Shown: positions 58,201 through 64,000 of the stretch, piece by piece
Layout of the letters: the number at the start of each line of letters is the position of its first letter
Numbering within the stretch: position 1 is the stretch's first letter
DNA from: Bispira polyomma
Lineage: Eukaryota
Assembly: GCA_965649765.1 (NCBI GenBank)
Contig: OZ287748.1
Span: 83,018,001-83,082,000, forward strand
DNA: 64,000 bases
Direction: 5' to 3'
Position numbers and translations under genes: made by a program
Notes under the pieces: generated by a model
The model's database searches: none
What the model was told of the DNA's origin: nothing
What the model saw: the letters and a program-made list of their open reading frames with translations, nothing else

Positions 58201-59128
58201 TTCCACTTGAGGGAATGAACAGGATTCAAACCGACATTGGTGAGAGGCCAGTGATTGAGAAGCTAATGCTTCTAACCACAAGGCCACCTAGTGTTCATGG
58301 AAGGAAGTGAAACTGTAAAGATGAAGAAAATTAGAGTAGCATTTCATTTATTCAGTAGACACTGTATCCATTGCTTCAATTCTAATTTGTTGCTAATAAA
58401 TGTCTCGCACAAACACACTTTTTTCTGGAATACTATGTAGATGATAGTCAAAGATTTTACTGAGAAAATGATGTCCAATATTTATTGCTTTCCCAATTTC
58501 ATGTTGAAATATTTGGTGTTAAAATATTTGGGGGTATATTGATTTTTCATATATTGTTCTACCCTCACCAGATACCATAGTAATACAGAAGTCAGTCTAC
58601 TGCCATTCCACTGGAACCATGGAAAAGTTGCCACAAGAGTACATACATCTGTCCAGCAGTAACCTGGGTTTGTACGATCAGAATGACGTGGGAATGTCGC
58701 ATCATATGGCTGGTAACAACACAATTTTGCAAGTAGATATGCAGCAGCCAAGAGAAGTTGGAGAACAGGCCTTACAATCTACAAAAGATGAGACGAGAGA
58801 AAACATAGCAGTAGGTAGTTCTGATGTTGATTCTCTCGCAGAGCAATGCCAGGAAATGGATGAGCACAATGCGGTATCTGCTGCGCCAGAAGCTTATAGA
58901 CAGAGAGATTATGATCTACCCCCAGAAGATCATGGCAGAAATGGAATAGAAGAGCCAAGCCAAAGCAGCACAGAACAAGCAGTGGACTGTAACTCACAGG
59001 AAAGTATTGCCATGAGGCAAGAATCAGATATTGAAACTCCTGCTGAAAATGTCTCGGTTGGTAGTAGTGAAGAAGATATTTTTATTTCAGTCACTGATAT
59101 TACTGACAGCCAATCTCCACAGGAATAA
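55291..59128 (+). CDS. Uncharacterised 526-aa low-complexity, probably disordered protein (3 coding exons)
   Basis: Coding exons 55291-55839 (acceptor 55274; AAT|gttagt), 56273-56747 (G|gtgagt) and 58572-59128 splice in frame (phases 0 and 1). AATAAA at 59597. I recognise no domain. Confidence 0.8.
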
Positions 59129-60175
59129 TGTAAAGTAATATTGAACTGAACTGGATTCAAATTCTCGTATATTCTCTTATTCATACTATGCTGGTTAAAC
59201 CTTGTATACTATGTTATATGAAACTTGTTAGTTGCAACTATATGCATGAACTGAAACTGTAAACTGGAGGCAGATGCTGTCAAGTTTAAGTGTTTACCCT
59301 GCAAGTCTAGGTAATTAGATGATGACAAAGTTCTGGGAAGTTCTACAAGATAAGGTTGATTTATCACAGCCTAAAAACTAAAATTTATGTAGAACACAAG
59401 TTTCAAGTCCAGCAACCTAGTTAAGCAACCTTTCATTTTATACTTTTTTAAATGCAATCAACAACATTTATGTGACTGTAAAAAGATACTAGTAATTGTA
59501 GTTTTTAAGAAAAATGTTTATGTGACTATAAAAAGATACTAGTAATTGTATTTTTTTAAAGAAAAATGTCCTAAAGTTGAATGTTTGTCATTTTGGAATA
59601 AATATTTAAGTATTATTGTTGCACAATCATAGCAAATTTCCTTATTCTGTTGGTTTTAGCCCAAGTGTAAACTTAAAAGTAGAGTACTGAACGGTAAACC
59701 GGTATGAAAGTTACCGTTTCGTTAGCGATAATATAAAGTAAACAAACGTTTACAAAGTATAAAAACCGGAAGCCGATAAAAAAGAACAAACAACCACTAA
59801 ATATATCTTTTTATAGTAAAATTCCCCTTTATAACTCTCGAAAACACAATATTTCCTGTTTTTTTAGTCCATTCAGTATCATGGTATAGCTCCAGTACCC
59901 AAATAAAATGTGACGTAAGTGGGTGTTCAGGGGCATAGCTACCATTAACGCCAGTACGCCCAGGCGTACCAATTTAATGACAAGAAAGAAAAAAGAATTA
60001 AAAAAAAAAAAAAAAAAATAGATAAAAGGAAAAATTTGAAAAAACCAAACAAAATTAAACTTACTTTTTCTTCTTTGTTTGTTTTACTAGTAACATAGAT
60101 TCCTGTTGTTAAATAAAAAGATTTTTGTACCCTCACAATTTAAAACAAAATATTACCTTGATGCAACCACCAAAA

Positions 60176-61662
60176 AACTAAACCTAGTGCATCGGAGAAC
60201 CGATGCATATTTGTATCCACCAGAGAGACAGAGCACCCTAGGTAGGAAGCACCCAAGCTATGGCTACCCTCGTCTGACCTTGAAGGAGGGGCCCCGAGGT
60301 CAAATCTGACCACAGAAGATTCTCAGCCCATGATTACCTATAAGTTTGTTTTAAATTGGAAACCTGTAGGACTGATAATAAGCCAGTTATAAGCACTTTT
60401 AAGTTTGGCTATTGTCATTTGACCTTGAAGAAGGGGCCCAAGGTCAAATCTGACTACATCAGAAGATTCTCAGCCCATGATTTCCTATAGGTTGCTTTTA
60501 CATCTCAAAACTGTAGGACCAATAATAAGCAAGTGGTAGGTCTATGGGGTGAACCCCCCTTAGGGGGTGCTCTCCCTATGTGACCATCTTAAATCTCAAC
60601 TTTTTAAAGGTAAATCAATTAGAACATTCACCTGGTGGCAGTTATTTTAACCAAAACTGTCCTAAAATATTCTCCCCAGCCTAGTAAATTAGAAATAATT
60701 GTAAAATGTCGCCTGATTAACATGTGTGGTAGGTCTATTGGGTGAACCCCCCTTAGGGGGTGCTCCCCCTATGTGACCATGTTAAATCTCAACTTCGAGG
60801 ATTGTTCTAAAACCTATCAATTATTGTTTGGGGATCCAGGTGCAACCTAAAACCACTTTAGTTTGACCTAGTTTAGCTACTTAAGGTATGTTTTTAGCCA
60901 AAAACGGCTAAAATGAGCTGTTTTTAAAGGTAAATCAATTATAAGCGTGTTATAAGCACTTTAGAGTTTAACTACCCTTGTCTGACCTTGATAGAGGAGC
61001 CCAAGGTCAAACCTGACCACATCAGAAGATTCCCGGCCCATTATTTACTACAGGTAGGCTTCACATGCCAAACCTCTAGGACCAATAATAAGAGAGATAT
61101 AGGCACTTTTAAAGTTCGCTATGTCGGGTACTTTGGCACTCCGTGAATGACCTTCAATGAAGAGCTTCAAGGTCAAATGTCTGCATGCTTGTAGGGGACA
61201 TATATATCTGTTATACATTTCACCTATGAAGAGATTTAACCTTCTAGTTATGAGAACCAGCCAGTAGAAAAAGGTGGATAATTTTCAAAGAAATGCTGAT
61301 GGCGGCCATCTTGTTTTTTAGGCTAATTTCAGTCGCAGAAAAGCTTACCCCTCAATGAAGATATCCTGCAAATTTGGTGAAGCTAGCTGGTCTAGTTTTC
61401 CGCTGAGAGTGTTAACGGCGAAAATCTTTCTAAAAAGGTGGATAATTTTTGAAGAAATGCCGATGGCGGCCATCTTGTTTTTCAGAATGATGCTTATTTC
61501 AGTCGAAGAGAAGCTTACCTCCCAATGAAGATATCCTGCAAATTTGGTGAAGCTAGCTGGTCTAGTTTTCCGCTGAGAGTGTTAACGACAAAAATCTCTC
61601 TACAGCGGTGGCGGCGTTGCCAACAATAAACCAAAGTATCCACCGGATCGGTGGATACAATT
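60176..61662 (+). mobile_element. HINE-like element (third family), copy 2
   Basis: 5' hairpin TGCATCGG-agaa-CCGATGCA and TGTATCCACC (60212), tandem core repeats, and 3' hairpin GTATCCACCG-gat-CGGTGGATAC (61636-61658). Confidence 0.8.
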
Positions 61663-62890
61663 AAAGCAAACCCTCGACAAAACAAGTACAACTAAGATGT
61701 TTTAAATTTATTGTTCATTGTTAAGTGTAAGCCGTATTTTTGGCTAAGTTCAACCGCAATTTGGCCCAATTTTGTTTACAGATATTTTAAATATAAAATT
61801 GTGCAATGTGCATTATAAATTTCTCAAGCCTATTCATTAGGCAGGTTACCGGCCTAAGTTTGAAGCTTTAAGTGTCTTAAATCAAGTTAGAGTTATTTTG
61901 GGAGCATGCATTGGTATATATTACACTGGTTTACTTTTAAAATTGTAAATGGCCGAAATATTCATTCTGGACTTCAGCTGACCTACATGTTTACTATTCA
62001 GGCACATTGATTACTTTGTTTCTGACCACAAACATTGTTATTTCAATACCCACCCAGGATCAGAAACTGTATCAGTACTCTGTTATTAGTTGTGTACATT
62101 AAGACCGACAATCGCTGCAATCGCACAGTAAAAATATTGCACACAAATCTTTTAATCAACGTTCTCGATTTTGACCGACATTTTGGAGAAGTGCGAGCAG
62201 ATTTGTGGATTGTTGTAGACCCTATTTTGACCTTTACCTTGTTCGGATAGATGTAGATGTGCATCCTGATTTATATCACTATAACATAAATGTATTTTTC
62301 AAAGGAAATTGAAAGTTTGTAGGTCATTAGGAGGGAGCATATGTACATCGTCCTGGCCCGTTTTTTTTCTGGTCTTTGACTTTTGAATACTGACCTTGAC
62401 TAAAACACTGTTTCCATTGTATATCGATGGGTTAGTACTTGTCATAGGAAATTTAAATTTTGTACAAATATCTATCAGGGATGTACTATGTTGTACATTT
62501 ATATGGCTTAATTTTTAACTTTGATCCAAGAGTACTGCACTTTACTCAAATTCCTTTTTTTCCCGCAGTCTATATCCCAGTAACTACTTTTTTACAGAAA
62601 GTTCAAATGTTGTAGAAGTATTAAATGTGCAACATCCTTGTCTGACATCACTTTTACCTTGAAGTACTGACCTCAACTGAACAAATATTGGTACAGATAT
62701 GTGTGTGTAAATGTGTAACATCATGGTCAAACCTTGCTTAACGTAAAATTTTGCAGTAATGCTTGGGAACTAAAGAGGGTTACATACTTGGCATACATAC
62801 TTGGCATACATACTTGTCACAGGAAGGACATTTCTTTGAACAAATAGTTGTCGGAAAGTGCAGGTGTGATCTTAAGTTCGTAACCAAAAA

Positions 62891-62973
62891 ATATCTTTTG
62901 TAGTCAAACTGTCAATGAGTACAAGTGAAAGTAATATCTTTTGTAGTCAAACTGTCAATGAGTACAAGTGAAA
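62891..62973. repeat. Tandem duplication, 43-bp period
   Basis: atatcttttgtagtcaaactgtcaatgagtacaagtgaaag occurs twice. Confidence 0.9.
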
Positions 62974-63575
62974 GGAAGTTCAAATTTAGCACAGATATTT
63001 AATAGAAGATTTAAATATTTTTCCCTTTAGGTATCTGGAGTACCACTGTATCACCCTATGGCTGTTGAGTTACAGCATCCCAATGCTCTAGGTTTTTTTG
63101 GTATTGGCCGATCCTATGAATTCATTGAGATAAATAATTTGAGTTTATATTTTATGTCATTTAAAATGTTTTCTCTGACACTACTCATGCTTCAATATAG
63201 GGGAGGTTGATAAATAGTCATCCTCAAGCCTTTCTCTTCGGTTTCGGGAATGACAGTCTCTGGTACTTGTTGGCTGTACTTGGGAAGTCAAGAAAAATGT
63301 TAATGAATGCCTTGAATACCAAATAAAGGTAGATATATTTGCTGAGAAGAAATTTGACCACAATTATTATTACTATTCAGATATCAAGTGATAATATTCA
63401 TTTTATTCATTTCACAACTTTGTCCAGGTATATCGCTGTATTGTTCATATTTCACACTATTTAGGACTCTGGTGTCATTTTGCTGGTGGTATGCATCATT
63501 CAGTAAACAAGTGTTGGAGTTCTAATACTGTTATCAGTTCTAAACTGACGATGAGTCATTTGACTGAAAACATAT

Positions 63576-63846
63576 CTAATCTGTGACCTCTTTACTTGCT
63601 TCTACATGTAACCCTGCTAATGCTTTCTTTAGAATCTCATCTTTATCCCGAGGCCACCACTGTGGAATCCAAGTTCTAAACTGTTCTGTTGTTCCAGACT
63701 CTGAGAGCACACTTAGTTCAGATACCAAAGCTTCCTCCACTCTCAGAAGAGCAAGTCCATTTGTTCCCACAGAACTTCGTAATTTACCACAATTTTTCCC
63801 CTTTGGATTCTTCACAGTGTCGCCTGGCTGGCACTTGTGTTCATCA
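63576..63846 (-). CDS. IBA57: IBA57 (mitochondrial Fe-S assembly factor, CAF17/YgfZ family), last coding exon
   Basis: Acceptor tttcag| is followed by DEHKCQPGDTVKNPKGKNCGKLRSSVGTNGLALLRVEEAL...WIPQWWP...*, matching the IBA57 C-terminal GK.R...G..GLALLR...P.WWP pattern. Confidence 0.82.
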
Positions 63847-64000
63847 CTGAAATATGATGTAAATTTAAAATAAAAAAATACTTGGTTTTGTGATTTTAAC
63901 CTCTATACAAAAGAAACACATTTTATACAGTGACATATGCCTCCATTATCTAAAATTCTAAAAAGAAGCACTATTTCGCTTGGATGAGAAAAAGGTTCAC

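Overview
AT-rich, intron-rich eukaryotic (invertebrate, probably mollusc/lophotrochozoan) genomic DNA; there are no prokaryotic systems, CRISPR arrays, rRNA or intact tRNA genes. By reading splice sites and frames by hand I reconstructed five genes: (1) the 5' part of a GH27 alpha-N-acetylgalactosaminidase/alpha-galactosidase (minus strand, runs off the left edge); (2) a complete 13-exon histidyl-tRNA synthetase (HARS, minus, 515 aa); (3) a complete 14-exon acylglycerol kinase (AGK, minus, 410 aa); (4) a 4-exon plus-strand gene for a 526-aa low-complexity protein I cannot assign; (5) the last exon of IBA57 (minus, enters from the right edge). The rest is transposon material: an L1/Tx1 LINE with a target-site duplication (TSD), L2 remnants, tRNA-derived SINEs, Helentron-associated elements, and hAT, Tc1/mariner and MULE derivatives, plus mini- and microsatellites. 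Best leads: a hidden alternative exon encoding a mitochondrial presequence plus an internal NRF1/ETS promoter in HARS intron 1; a U12 minor intron in HARS; an AGK with GGNGT in place of GGDGT and a Cys cluster; a duplicated acceptor/signal-peptide unit in the GH27 gene that creates a stop-start uORF below CLEAR motifs; and the unassigned gene under a dense CRE cluster. I found no clearly new multi-gene system.
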